Source: Bugula neritina (Eukaryota > Animalia > Bryozoa). From it: 64,000 bases of DNA. Where the stretch lies: assembly GCA_964035545.1 (NCBI GenBank), contig OZ037766.1:4020722-4084721 (forward strand), in the 5' to 3' direction. Positions 13,001 through 26,641 of the stretch are shown here, in pieces. Position numbers and translations under genes: made by a program. Positions within the stretch are counted from its first letter, which is position 1. Each line of letters starts with the position of its first letter. Below the pieces are notes generated by a model. That model was not told the origin of the DNA. It did no database searches and worked only from the letters and a program-made list of their open reading frames with translations.

Positions 13001-16000
13001 TATAATCTTAAATATATTAGCACACTAGCTATTTAAAAGGAGACACACTAGAAGCAGCACAAAGCTGGAGGTTTGTAAAGACACCGTTGTCCAAACTTTA
13101 AACCCCTTCAACCATTGCACTTAGGGACCACCGACTTTGTGCTGCTTCAAGCGGTTTTCATACGTGTACAAACGCGTTATACTAAGTTTGATGTTCATAA
13201 ATAGGAGCTGAAGTCGCATTTAGACGAGTCTCTCAATCAACTGGATGAATACAAGTATCTAAAAGCAGAACTCAGTTTACAGTGCACTGAGCTAGAGAGG
13301 GAGAACTTTGAGTTGAAGAAGGATAATGGCATACTGGAAACTAACAACCGTACTCTAAGGTGATTGTCCTGATAACAGGCCAACAGGTTTAGGTTGTTTT
13401 ATTTTTCAGTTTTAGAACTTTTGCTGCATTTTACTTTTGTGTTGTATTAAAAAGGTTGAAGCTAATTGAATTTATAATAGCATAAAAGTATTTGCACTAC
13501 AAATATAGAATTTGTGATTTTGTGTGACAGAAATGTTCACAGATGAGCACCAAAATACTATTTTGTCTTACATAATGCATTTATTAAAAATAAACTTAAA
13601 TTTTTTCTGTATCATGAATTTTATTTTTATGTGGTGTCATATTATCTTTATGCTGGGTAAATTCAGTAAATTTTAAGTTTTCTAATAATGCAAAAAGGTG
13701 TTAAATGCTAAAAGATCTTCAATTTAAAAATGTTGTGTAATTGAAGTTAAAATCAGCATTGGAGATAGAGTCTTGAAAGATTAAATATTCAATTTAAAGT
13801 TAGTTCTTTTAGCAAATCTATAATTCGATCAAATCTGACTATTGCATTCAATGATCACTAAAAATATAGACCATATATTAATTTGAAAAATGCTCACATT
13901 ATTTAATGCCCTTTTCAAACTTTTCATATTACAAGTAATAACTCTTATGATGAAATACATCTTCAAGACATCAAGTAGATGATATTGTTCTAAATATAAA
14001 CTGCAGACAAATATCTTATCAAACAAAACTGCTGCACATATTCAAACAAATCCTTTTTCATAATAAATTTTGAATTTTCAAAGTTTTTTTCTTAGCTTAG
14101 TTGTATTGCATAAAATATATTAATCTAAAATTTCGTACATGTGCATACAGTGCTATTATATTTTGTAGAGATATCTTAGCAGACTATATGGAGGAGACGG
14201 ACAGATTCGAGAGGGTGCTGCACAAGGTTTACACAGAGTCAGCTAAAATTGATAAGGAGCTGACTGAAAGAGCTCGGAAAGCTCTGGAAAGGAAATAAAT
14301 TCAAATCATTATTTCCATTTTGTACCATTTGCTGTGTTCTATGTAAACTATATTCATAAACCACAGCGAAATTAGGAGATTGAATAAGTTAAATGGACTC
14401 TCTGTGTTTTGTACTAAATAAAACATGTAAATATCTAAACAGCTTTTCATAACAACATGAAAAAATGTGTTATCTTTTTCTTGAATACAATTGCAAATTC
14501 TAAGACACTTTTACAATATTATATATAACAAAAGGATGTATATTGTTTGTAATAAAACATTTATTCTTTGTATTTACCAACATATTTCTAGACGTATGGT
14601 ACTTGTAATTAATTTCAGTAATAGTCAGGAACGATAAGGTGCATCTTATACTAGTGACCATGCTTGTAATAAAGAGACTATTGAGTGCCAATCTGTAGTT
14701 TAGCTGAGTTTTTGATATTTGTGTGGCATTTGAATTAAAATAGAAAAAATTCTTCACAAAAATATATAAATTTTCATAGTACAGACATTTGATGAACCTG
14801 ATACCATCTAGAGAGCCTAAAGACTGAAGACATAATGAAACCCATCATATTGTTGAGTCTGTTATATCAAGGCTAGGGGGATATAGGAGAAAGGCAGGGG
14901 GATTATAGAACCAAGTAGCTTGAATTGAAATGAGATGAAATGTTGAGGCATGTAACACCATTTTATACTTTCTAAAAACTTGTTTTAAGAAAGGATGTGT
15001 AGGTTTTGTGATGTCATAAGATTTTGTTGTGCCACAATGTTGTTATGGCTTCCTTTATGGAATATGCGCGGGCAACTAGACGGCTAGATGAAATAGACAG
15101 AAAACTAGGAAAGGCTGCAAGAGAGGAAACTTTTTTAAGAAAAGTAAGCACACACAAAATTTCTCTGTTGAGGTCAACTAAGCTGGTTGCCAACTCAAAA
15201 TAAAATTATGTATCAGAGAACAAGTTTGTAACTATTTGTACAATAAACTGTGTTTTATGCAGTGAGTGTTGTTTATTTAGTATCCAGTGATATAATAATA
15301 TCATTATGTTGTTCACATGATTAATATTTCATAGACAAAAGACATCAATCTATTTATTAATGCCCTGTGTTCCTTTCTAAATGCAGCATTCATGTCGTCT
15401 ACTCATACTAGGGACCAGTCCTAAAGACTAACCTCCATTTAGTCCATCTTGAATTCCTAATAATTTTCATTTTCAAATTTGAAATAAATCATAAGTCATC
15501 TCTTGAATCTAGATTAAGTTATTAACCAAACTACAAGTCAATCCTGCATGGGCAAGCTCATTTAAAACAAGAAAATAGTGATTTGAACAGCCATAGGTAC
15601 ATGCTAAGGCAAGCTGGTTTATATCTGCCCCTGCCACATCCTTTTCACTGGTCTTTTTATCAGATATCTGAAGTAATTTTTGTCTATGCATGACTAAAAC
15701 TTATATAGTAAAAGTTCAACTTAGGAAGTTAGTACAATACAATATTAGTCCATCATTTTTTTTATTTTGAATGATTACTTTTTTATCTAGGAAATAGACT
15801 GCCTGGATACAACATGCAGGCGATTGACTGATCAAAATGAGGTAGGACATAATGGTACAATTAATATTTAATTTAGTTATTGCTAATTATATCTTGTACT
15901 ACTTGCTATATACTGTAAGCATAAAAAGTATTAATCTCTATAGACAGTTAGTCTTCTCTGCAACTTTATATTATTATATGCACAGCACATTCATAACATA

Positions 16001-16355
16001 AATAGTAAAAGCAGTTGAATGAAGGTTATATTATGATGATTATTTTGTTGTGCTGTAAATTTAATAGATGTATAGAAAAGATTTGATGACTGTGGTCAGC
16101 TGTTTGAAGAGTGAAAGAAAATTGGTTTCGCAACTTTGTGACGATAAAAAGAGATTAGTTCGAGAAAATGAAGATCTTCGTTATGAAAATATGAACTTAA
16201 AATCTGAAAATTTAAACTTGCGAAGAAAAGTGAAAGATTATGTGTATGTGAAGCATGTGCCAGTCCCTTATCCCAAGTTTATGCCTTATCCTACCATGCC
16301 TTGCTCCACAGCTAAACCTCCAAATGACCATAGCAATAGGCTGCCACCATTTTGA
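10066..16355 (+). CDS. Uncharacterised coiled-coil protein, about 261 aa. Exons 10066-10132, 11142-11257, 11487-11537, 13205-13359, 14169-14226, 15791-15841, 16068-16355
   Basis: All seven exons have GT-AG boundaries in compatible phases, giving one 786-nt ORF. Heptad-like E/K/L-rich segments (ELSLQCTELERENFELKKDNGILE; LVRENEDLRYENMNLKSENLNLRRK) and a Pro-rich tail. Confidence 0.7.
10810..10993 (+). mobile_element. SINE copy with damaged 5' end, same family as 33805-33993
   Basis: B-box-like GGTTCGCACCC at about 10837; body closely matches the reverse complement of 33805-33960. Confidence 0.75.
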
Positions 16356-17630
16356 ATATTCATAATTTTGAGCCAAGACATTAGTTTTGCTTTTTGGCCC
16401 GGGCTGAGATTAAAATTACTTTTTTGTTTGAGCAGCCCATAATACTGATTTAAAAAAAATTTATGTAACAGGACTTTTCATATATACTCTTGTCCTGACT
16501 ATTTTATTCTCCAACCATTCTTTGACATGCTTTGGAAATATACTGCTACTTGTCATTAGTGCAAATTGCTTTTTAGTATTGAACATAGAAAGACCATGCA
16601 GGAAGAATATATTATATTATTAGCATTTGTGACTTTTGGTGGCTTCTTTTTCATTAATTTCATGTTTCAGCACCTGGTAAGGTTTTATAACATTGTTTAG
16701 CACTAAGGAAGCTCTTCATATTAGAAGGATTGGTTACACCTGCTCTGCATAATTTGGTCTAGACTCGTAGAAGGCTAGCAACAGCTTTCACCAAATCTAT
16801 TATTGAACAAGTTGTCAAAAGGCACCTTCTTAAACTCATAAAAGTCAAAATTGATGAGTCTCTAAAATAATTAATTAGATTTTGTCTAGAATACAAATAT
16901 GCGATTGGTGGTCACATGGGCAACTATTACATCAGTGGTAACTCATAACACCAATTTGAAAGGAAGTGTGGTCACTAAAGAGCAACAAAATTCGCAAGGG
17001 CATCCGGTTATGTGCTCAATGTCACTTGCCCTGTGCCATGTTGATAAATTTGGCATGTGAAATCAAGTTACTGTCATAAAGCTCAGGTGCCCTTTCAATG
17101 GGATACTTTATTTTATTTGAGTACTGGTTATTATTAAAGAGAACGTAATATATCAATTTATTAATTTATGTTCAAACCATTGAGAAATCTAGAAAAAAAA
17201 AATTGCAGATAACTAGTACCCATTAAAACAGACATTATGTTAATTTATTTTAGTCAGAAAACAATAATTATTAATTTGTTACTATCAATTGTAATTATGA
17301 TGCAGTTTGTACTGAATTCTTATCAAATAATATTACTGCATCAGAACATGTCCAATGAATTCGCCAAATTACTAAAGTAGAACATCAGTGTTGAAATATT
17401 GCATAATAGCTATATCAAGGTTACACAGTGATCTGAGCATACAATAAACAGAAAAGGTAAATATACATGAATAAGTTGACAAGACCACTGCAATGGAAGA
17501 AAACGTTTAGAATTTAGACAGATAGAATATTTAGAGCAGAGAAGAAGGAGTGATAGACAATGTAGTGTTAACAGATATCATATATTATATCAGACTAGCA
17601 AGGACTAGTTTATACTATAGTCTGTACAGA

Positions 17631-20600
17631 TCAGTCTAAATCGCTGGAGGCAAGAATTCGAGGTGACTGGGCAGATACGCTGGACGTAGATGGTGTACTC
17701 TGGGAGACGCTGTATGGTAAATCTTCGCTTTCATCTGAGCCAGAAAAGAGACTATTAAGGAGTCCACCTACAATATAATTAACCAATTAGTACAAACCAC
17801 TTGAGAAAGCTAAACACAACAAATCATAGTAGATTAACCATAACAATAAATACAATAACAAAAAATATACAAATAAAACACTAATATAAAGCGCATATAA
17901 AATAAAGTAAATCCCAAAATATCTGCTAAATTCTACAGTAACTGAGCTTTGCAGTATGGGGAACTATTATCAAGATTTAACACAAGACAAAAATCAACCA
18001 TACAATTTTTAAAGAATAAGTGTGTACGAATATAATCTCTTGAGAAAGAGGTAGAATAATATTTATTTAATGCATAGCTACATAAGTGCAGCAACTTGCA
18101 AGGAAAAACAGTAAATAGATTTTTCACCTACTAGTTAAACACTTAGAATGACGTGGGCAGATGATTTGAAAGTCAAAATACAAATACGAAGCAGTATGCA
18201 AGTACCGACCAATAAGTAACTATATAGCAGTATCTATATTACTTGACTCACTGAATAATCCACCGGAATTCTTTGGTGGAGGCAAACCAAAGAAGTTCTG
18301 TCCTATTTTATCTAAATATGCTTTATATGATGGATCCCTGGACAAGCTGAAGTTGTATTTCTCACAGAGGATAGTGAACACAGCTAATTTACCCCTACAA
18401 CAGATATAGTTTGCAATGAAAAGAGAAAGACCTAAAAGAACAAACATACTAAGAATATTCACCAACTGTCGGGAGGAAAATGAATATGAAAAGTTATAGA
18501 AATAGCAGTAACTGCTTATATAAAGACAAAATTATACAATTACAACAGAATTATATACTTATAGACATTTAACAGAGAAAGGGAAATGCAAGCATACTCA
18601 TTAACAGCCGAGAGTAGAAAACACAGGAAGTTGAGTAGAGGTAGGAGATAAGGCGGCCCTTTCACCACATCTGGGTGATTATCAACATAGGCATAGAAAG
18701 TCACGGAGGCTGTAGACGCGTTCTTTAGGCACAGCAACCTGAAAAACAGACGGTACATTACCATGTAGCAGTTTTGATAACAAATATTTAGGCCAATCTC
18801 TCATCTAAAGTTACAGAAGAGTATATACGAGTTTGATCAACAATCTATGAGATATTAAACCCTGTATAACGATAAAAAAAGTTCTAAAAAGAGATGATAT
18901 CAGCAGAGGGGCTAAAAATACAATTATGCTAGCGAAGATTTTTTTAAAAGTATAACGAGTAAATTATTAGCGAGTTAAGTAAAATGTCTTTTGTTTTCAA
19001 CTCTACAGATCTCTTAATTTAGTTTAAGCTCCGAACACTTTCTATAGAGCAAGCAAATGCACTGTACAGAATGGAAAGGACACCCCCAGTGTAGAACTCC
19101 ATACTAGCTCCTTAGTATGTGGTGGGTAAATTGAATTAAAAACCAATTAATTTCACTGAATGACACGGAATACCATGCAGAATGTAAAGGGCTCTCACCT
19201 AAACCATGTAACATGAAACCTCATTTTCTACGAATTGGGTCACTTTCATTTCCGAAAAACATTTAAAAACAATTAGCAGAGAATATTTTAATAGAGTATT
19301 GAAGTACCATTCTCAGCTACACAGATGTAAAGTGGGATCAACCATACCCTCTGTGTAGCCTATTGCAGTGTAACAATCATGTGTGGAAACACAAGTTCAA
19401 GGTTAAAGCTATACAGAATCCTGCCAAGTGTTTCAAATAAAATAAAAAATCATTAACTAGTCAGCACAGTTTGCCACCAGCTTCCTGTGAAACCAGCATT
19501 ATAAATGGTGTATCCATGGCGCCCAGAGTTGGCAGACTAAACCTGTAGAGACAAGCAGTTGGCCACCAGCTGCTCTGCTCAATAACCTTACCATGAGTAA
19601 TACTGTGTACAACAGGACACGAAAACAATTAACACATGACATATCCACTAAACATAAAATTAAAGACATAAGTTTATTGTGTTTTTCCAATATAAAGATG
19701 ACAATGCCAATGATTTACTAAGTAAAAGGTAACTTTTGAGAAGCAGGTGGACTAATTAGTTATTGTCAAAAGTAGTTTTCATTGTCTGGTCATTTAACTA
19801 AAACACTGTGTGAAATGACATGAAGATTATTCCTCATTCAGATGCCACTCACTGCTGGTATTTTGCTGTCAAAAATTAAGGGTTAAATAATGTTTACCCC
19901 AAACAGGATGCATCTTCTTTTATATCCACTCGCCCCATCACAATCAAATTAAAGCATAAATATGGCGACATGAGTAGCATGCCAAAAGCGTTGAAATTAA
20001 TTAGAACGGAGCATATGTTAACACCAACTGTTCGAACTTCTACAGATCTTACATACCTTTTATGCAAATTTGTTGAGCTAAATTCTAAATATTCTGAATA
20101 CAGTAGGCAGATGCGTGTGGTTTTACAAGAACTTCAAGGGCAATGACAAACTCAAGGTTGCATATCATCTAGACAATGTGTCACTTACTGTAGCACCATT
20201 TGCGTAATAAAGAGATCTACTTCGTGTGGACTACTGCCACTGCTGTGGTGCAACTCAATCAGAAACCTCCCACAATTCTCTCCATCAGCTGAGTACAGGA
20301 AATGATATCGGGCCTCGTTATGGCGCTTTTCTATACACACAATGAAAAACTAAAACTTTGAAAAAGTAATTGTATACTGTAGCAAAAAACAGATATAACA
20401 TCAGATATGTAATTAGGTATTAGTTGTTAGTTATTAGGTACTCTATACTACTATTATTTTGTTTGGTTGGAAATTTGGCATAAGAATGTCATTAGATGAT
20501 GTTTCTTTATCAACAGACATCTTAATTATAAGATATTCACATTAACTGCAAAGTATAAATGTCTTTAGCTTATAGCAACTACATGAATAACTTCGATCAT

Positions 20601-23423
20601 CTTGAAAACTGAAGTTATCTTCTCATATTAGCTCTTCTCAAAAGAGCACAACCCTTAAAAGCAAGATAAACTGTGGTAATCTCACAATGTGTCATGGTAA
20701 TAGTAACAGAAATTTTACATGTTACCCCTATAACTGCCAGACTTGCACATATTCAATAAAAAATTAACAATAATATAAAGATATAATGTTGGAGCAACAA
20801 AATGAAAGCCTATTTCAGTGAGAAAAAACCAGCACCTTTCCAAAGCGTATTAGCTACAGCCGCATGTAGTTCGGGAGATCCTGCTGTGTGACTCGATGTT
20901 TTAGTCTGTTTTATGGCTTTACATATAAAGAGTTGTCTCTCTTGCCCATCTGGAGGGATCAACTCGTGTATTGTAGTGAGCTTATGTATGTGACCTGCTC
21001 TTTTGTCATTGTCTAACTTCCCAATAACATCTAATAATGACATGGCTAGGTCTACACCACTTTCAATCTACAATGTTTTAAATATCCATAATGATGACAA
21101 AGTGATTTATTCAACATATTTTAGTAACTTGGAGAGCTGATGAGATGCTAGACTTCAAGTTCTACTCTCTAATTTCAAGTCAAGATGGTAGAGGCACTGT
21201 CTGTACACCAAACAGAAGCAACTCAAGAAACATGTAGAAAAACTGCATTTCGAAATTCCGTGTCATATATAACATGAAAAATGGACAGTATTACTAATAA
21301 TTTATATTTGATATGCAATGTGTTGAGAAAAAAATTTGAAGTAACCATTCTTTGTGTTTAGTAGAGTGATGTGGTTGGGGGCAGATATTCATCCCACTCA
21401 TCAAGTTTGAGTTGGGGTGCATAAGGAGCCGTCCATATTGACTGAGTACAGCATATGCTTTGCTCGCATGAAGATGCAACTCATGATAACTCAATCTGGA
21501 TGAGTAATTTGTGGAATAGAGATGGCTACCACAGGGTTAAAGACACCACTAATATCAAGTATAGCACTTGGCCACATTTGAAAGAAAATTTGCGGACATC
21601 AATTACTAGGAATACGAAGTTATGAGTCTGACAAAATGTTATGTATGCATTACAGCACGGAATATGCAAAAAAGACAAAATAACTTTACCTGTTGACTTT
21701 GAAGTAGCCTACACGAACCCGAATATAACAAGTCAATCGCCTCATCATATTTCTTTTGATTGGAAAGTCTATAGCAAACAAAAACAGGACATGTAACAAA
21801 TACTTGTTACTCATAGTTTGATAGAGTATTTAGAGTGGCATATGCTGATATAATTGTGAGATATTAGGGAGAAAATATAGTTTGCAAATTTTATTTCCAA
21901 TAATAAGATTGACTTGTGAAAAATATTACAACTGCAGCTACAGTTTTGCAGAAAAAAGAGTCTGATAAATATCGACAAAAAATTTATTTTTATAATAACA
22001 AAATAAGCAGAGTTTACTATCAAAAGAAGTTACACTAATATATTTACACCAAGCCCCCTTAATTATTAGAAGAGTTACAGTTTAATGTTTAAACTTGTTC
22101 AAGCTGATAAACAATACAATTATAACAGACAGTTATTTATGAGTGATAGCTGAAGCTAATAAATTGGAAGAAGCAAAACTTAATCGCATGTGATTATACT
22201 TATGATGATACTAGTAGTTAGCACGGCTATAACTCGGCAATTATAAACAAACCTGGAACAAAACTATGGCAAATCACCAGTCAACCCAAACAAAACTTAA
22301 ATTTATCTACAGATTAAATTAACTTGCAAGCTTTTGTTTCGATGTATTACCTCGAGTTTTATTTATCGTAATAATTACTATTATACTCATAATAATATTA
22401 ATAGCCATTGCTGACTCCATTCTGGTAATTTAAATCTTCATGGTTCACTATAATTTTCATATTGATAACATTTACATTCAGATTCGTACAGGTGATGTTT
22501 CTAAAGTCTTGGACTGAGCAATTTGATTCTAACTCAAAAAAAAAAAGAAGTGAGATTATAATAGCTGCAATAGCTTTTAGTGCAGTGAGTATTAACAGCA
22601 GAATCGGAATAATCAGTTGATACAAAATAATTTCAACAACTATGTATTAATAAAATAAGTCAACTTTTTGTAAATACCTCAACTATGACATGTGACTATA
22701 TAGTATATTTTATTTTCAAAATTAAAATAAGCTTTAGTTTAACCAAGCAGTGATGCAATAGCCCCTATGGCTATAGTTATATTTTTCCAGTAAATTTTCA
22801 TTTTATTTTTAAAAGATGATTGAAATTGTAGTCTGAAATAAAAGAGTACTTCACAATCACATTTACTGTTTTTCCCTGACACTCCACTTCATGAAACTAA
22901 AAACCTGATGAAGCCTAGCTATTACTAGCTATTTCATCTAGATTTTACTACTACTATTAGTATTAGGATTACTAGTATTAGTATAGACTTAGACTATAGT
23001 CAGTGATATTTTAATTTATATTGATATTTTATAGGAAGTTACTGACTAATACTAATAGTAATACTAATAGTAATAAGCCAGTGCCAATATCACTCACTCA
23101 CAGTTACACTTAGTGACTCCCAATCACTAGCTGAGTCACTGTCAAATAAATGATGATTTTAGTTCTACTTTCACTTTGTCATTTGAGTTGATTTTAATTT
23201 AGATTTTGAAAATGAAAATCAAAATCAAAATGACACTTATATTTTAATGAAAATCCATCGTTTATGGTGCATACGTATTTACAAACCTATAAGATAATGT
23301 TTTATATATCTGGTGAGCTTCGTAGAAATTTCTTTCAGCCAAATTTGATTCCAATTTTAACAGTATTCTTGATACGCCTTTTGAAGGTCGAGTGTTTTGT
23401 CCATCTCCACAGGAGGCAGCCAT
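17631..23423 (-). CDS. GET4: Golgi-to-ER traffic protein 4. Exons 23423-23287, 21768-21690, 21067-20836, 20330-20189, 18738-18598, 18394-18252, 17767-17631
   Basis: Motifs [85 protein letters not shown]; splice phases consistent. Confidence 0.93.
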
Positions 23424-23695
23424 GATTTTACGTCACATCCTAAAAAAGAAGCTTGTTTTTCGAAATGAGGTGTTTCCAGTCACGTAAAAACAGACGGTAC
23501 GGTCCGATACACATTGTGGTCTTTTTTTAGCATTTGCTGAAGCGAACGTTGGGCGAATATATTTGAACACGGCTTTTTCTAGCATTGGAGGTTTCGAAAC
23601 AAAACCGGCTTTCTCTGTAGGTCATTATTTTGGGGTGACAAGCGCACCAAAAGCAGTTGTAACCTCATTCGTCAAGTGCCCGCTAAAATTACGAG
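23424..23695. promoter_or_regulatory. Probable bidirectional promoter for GET4 and lamin
   Basis: CpG-containing stretch directly upstream of the GET4 ATG. Candidate lamin non-coding exon donor GAG|GTTAGT at 23695/6; the lamin ATG follows an acceptor AG at 25218-25219. Confidence 0.55.
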
Positions 23696-23814
23696 GTTAG
23701 TTGAAGGACAACGCACTTACTCTTAGAGTCATACTAGCTAAATTTTATTTAAGTCTAAATAATGTTGTATCATTATTGTGATTGTGAATAAATTGAGTCA
23801 AAATAATATCAATA

Positions 23815-24930
23815 GTTAAGTAATACTAATAGTAATACTAATACTAACAGTAATAGTTATAGACTTAGAGTGATAGTGAGACTGATTGTGATAGTAATAC
23901 TAATAGTAATACTATTACTATTAGTATTACTGTAATACTAATACTAAGTCTAATAGTAATACTAATACTAATAGTAATACTAATACTAAGTCTAATAGTA
24001 ATACTAAGAGACAAGAGTAAGTCTAATAATAATAATAATACTAATACCAAGTCTAGAGTACTGGGAGTGAGTAGTTTAGTAGATATACAATGATATTGAT
24101 TGTCTATCACTATGATACAAAAACAATTACAAAATGAAATTTAGTATTTACACAGACTCAGACTGGTAAACTAATGGTAGTGATACTGATAGTGATAGAA
24201 TTAGGGTACCAGTCATAACTCATACTCATAGGGCTCCGGCTACTGGCTAGGCAGTATGAGTATGACTATGAGTATGGCTAACTTACAGTTACTACAGTAT
24301 CAGTATGAGTATTAGTCTGAGTATCACTAGTAGTAGTACTAGCAGTAGTACTACTACTAGTCGTGCTAATAGTTATACTTAGTCTTAGTTATTCATATTG
24401 ATATTATGATATTCATATTGTCAATTAGTATTAGTATTATTATTAGTATAAGTATTACTATTAAATAATTAGTAATACTAATAGTAATAGTATTACTATT
24501 AGTGTTATTATTATTACTATTAGTATTACTATTAATGTTACTAGTATTAAGATTGGTAGTATTACTATTACTGTAAGTATAAGTAATAGTATTGTATGTA
24601 TTACTGTTAGAGTTGGACTAATACTATTAGTATTAGTGTTACTATAAGAATAAGTATAAATATAAATATGAGTAATACTAATAGTAATACACTTACAGTA
24701 TCACTATTACATTAGTATTACTAATAGTAATAGTGATACTATCAGTATGAGTATCATAATCACATTTACTATGATTGTGATATTGATAGTGATTATAAAT
24801 GTAAGTATAAGTACGGCTATGACTTATAAGTATAACTATGAGAATCAACTTAGTATAACTCAGTATGACTATCACTGTGACTTTGAGCTGTTGAGCATAG
24901 TTATGACATTGACCTTTGACTATCACTTGT
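23815..24930. repeat. TAC/TAG/TAA tri- and hexamer low-complexity field (lamin 5'-UTR intron)
   Basis: Runs of TAATAC, TAGTAA, TACTAA and TATGAG. Confidence 0.85.
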
Positions 24931-25220
24931 CAAATTTAAACACATTCGCGGTCATTAGGCCTATATGCTATTTTATACAGGCTAATTATTAATGCAATTA
25001 AATAACGATGACTTTGTTATATAAATAAGAGCTTCAATTATAATATTGTGGTCGTTTTAATTTGATGGTATTTGATAGTTATGTTGCAGTCATTTGAAAT
25101 AGTGTTTCACTCTTTCTGGCAGGCATTGGTAGTTAATATTCACAATGTAATAATTGTACTTTTTAATGTAGGCCCATCTAATTACAATATTTGTATATTG
25201 TTATAATGTACTTGAACAGA

Positions 25221-26595
25221 ATGGCTACCAAACAAGTTAAAAAGACTGTGACTACCAGAACCTTCACCTCAAGTGGTTCGAGCTCAGCTGGTGGTTCACC
25301 ATCTCGACTAGCGACTCGATTGCAGGAAAAAGATGAGTTAACCACGCTGAATGACAGGCTCGCGGCCTACATTGATCACATTCGTTCTCTTGAAAGTGAT
25401 AATGAAAAGCTCACTTTGCAAGTTCAGATGTACGAGGAAACAACCAGGAGAGAGGTTGATAACGTCAAGGCGTTGTACGAGAAAGAATTGGCTGCTGCTC
25501 GTAAGTTGGTTGATGAGTTGTCAAAGGAGAACGCCAAGCTGTCTGTGAATGTAGGCACTTACAAGTCGGAAGCCGAGGAGTGGATGAGAAAGTAAGTTAT
25601 TGTACTAAGTCCAGTGCCGAATTGGCTTAATTCACAACACTGAAGATAATTTCTGAAAATATCACACTACGTAATTAAAATGTAAAAATTCACTGTAGCT
25701 TTCTGTCCCATGATTATATGAAATTCTTCAAGTTTAAAAATGATTGGAGGTTGAGAATAAGTGTTGATTTTTAGTGTATGCAGTTTTCTCAAGTGTCAAT
25801 AAGCCTGATATCAGTCATGAGTCTCCTACGTTGGTACTTCACTTTAAAAGAGAAATATTTCATTGACATTTTATAGAAGGTTGTGCAATTGTCTTTATAA
25901 ACAAGCAGTTATCTTTAGTAAACACAGTTTTATTGGGTTTATAACCCTGTTGAGAAATCATTTACTTATTTACATTCGTCTATTATCTGTACTAATATCT
26001 AGGATGTAGTAAGTTAATGCATTCACAATGAAATTAAGGCTATCTGTAACAGTGCAATGCTATACAACGTCAGTCATTCATTATTCTACAGTCAACGTAA
26101 CATAGTTATTACTAACAAGGTGTAACAGCTTTCTTCACATTTCTAGGTGATGTCTATTTAGAAAGTTTGCACATTTGGTGCTGTTAGTTATAGCTACACC
26201 CACACAAAACTGATGATGTTAACTAGATTGCAATTCTGGCTACACCCTTAAGTCTAGAGTCTACATACTATTGTATTGAGTTCTTTCTAGTTGTATGTTA
26301 TTATAGTGATCATATTCAGCTACCAGTATACTGATGTTGTTCTAGTTTTCTTGTCTCCTTTCTTATTCTCTTAGGAATTATAGTTGACTGTTTATTAGCC
26401 ATTTGTTTTTAAACCTAGTAACTACTACTACTACTACTACCACCACTACTACTATAATGCTACTACTACTGCTACTACTACCACCACTACTACTACTACC
26501 ACTACTACTATAATGCTACTACCACTACTACCACCACTACTACTACTACCACTACTACTATAATGCTACTACCACTACTACCACCACTACTACTA

Positions 26596-26641
<46 letters not shown>

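Noticed and set aside
23865-24992. Hydrophobic Ile/Leu/Ser ORFs, also at 37666-38002
   Set aside because: Products of low-complexity repeats.
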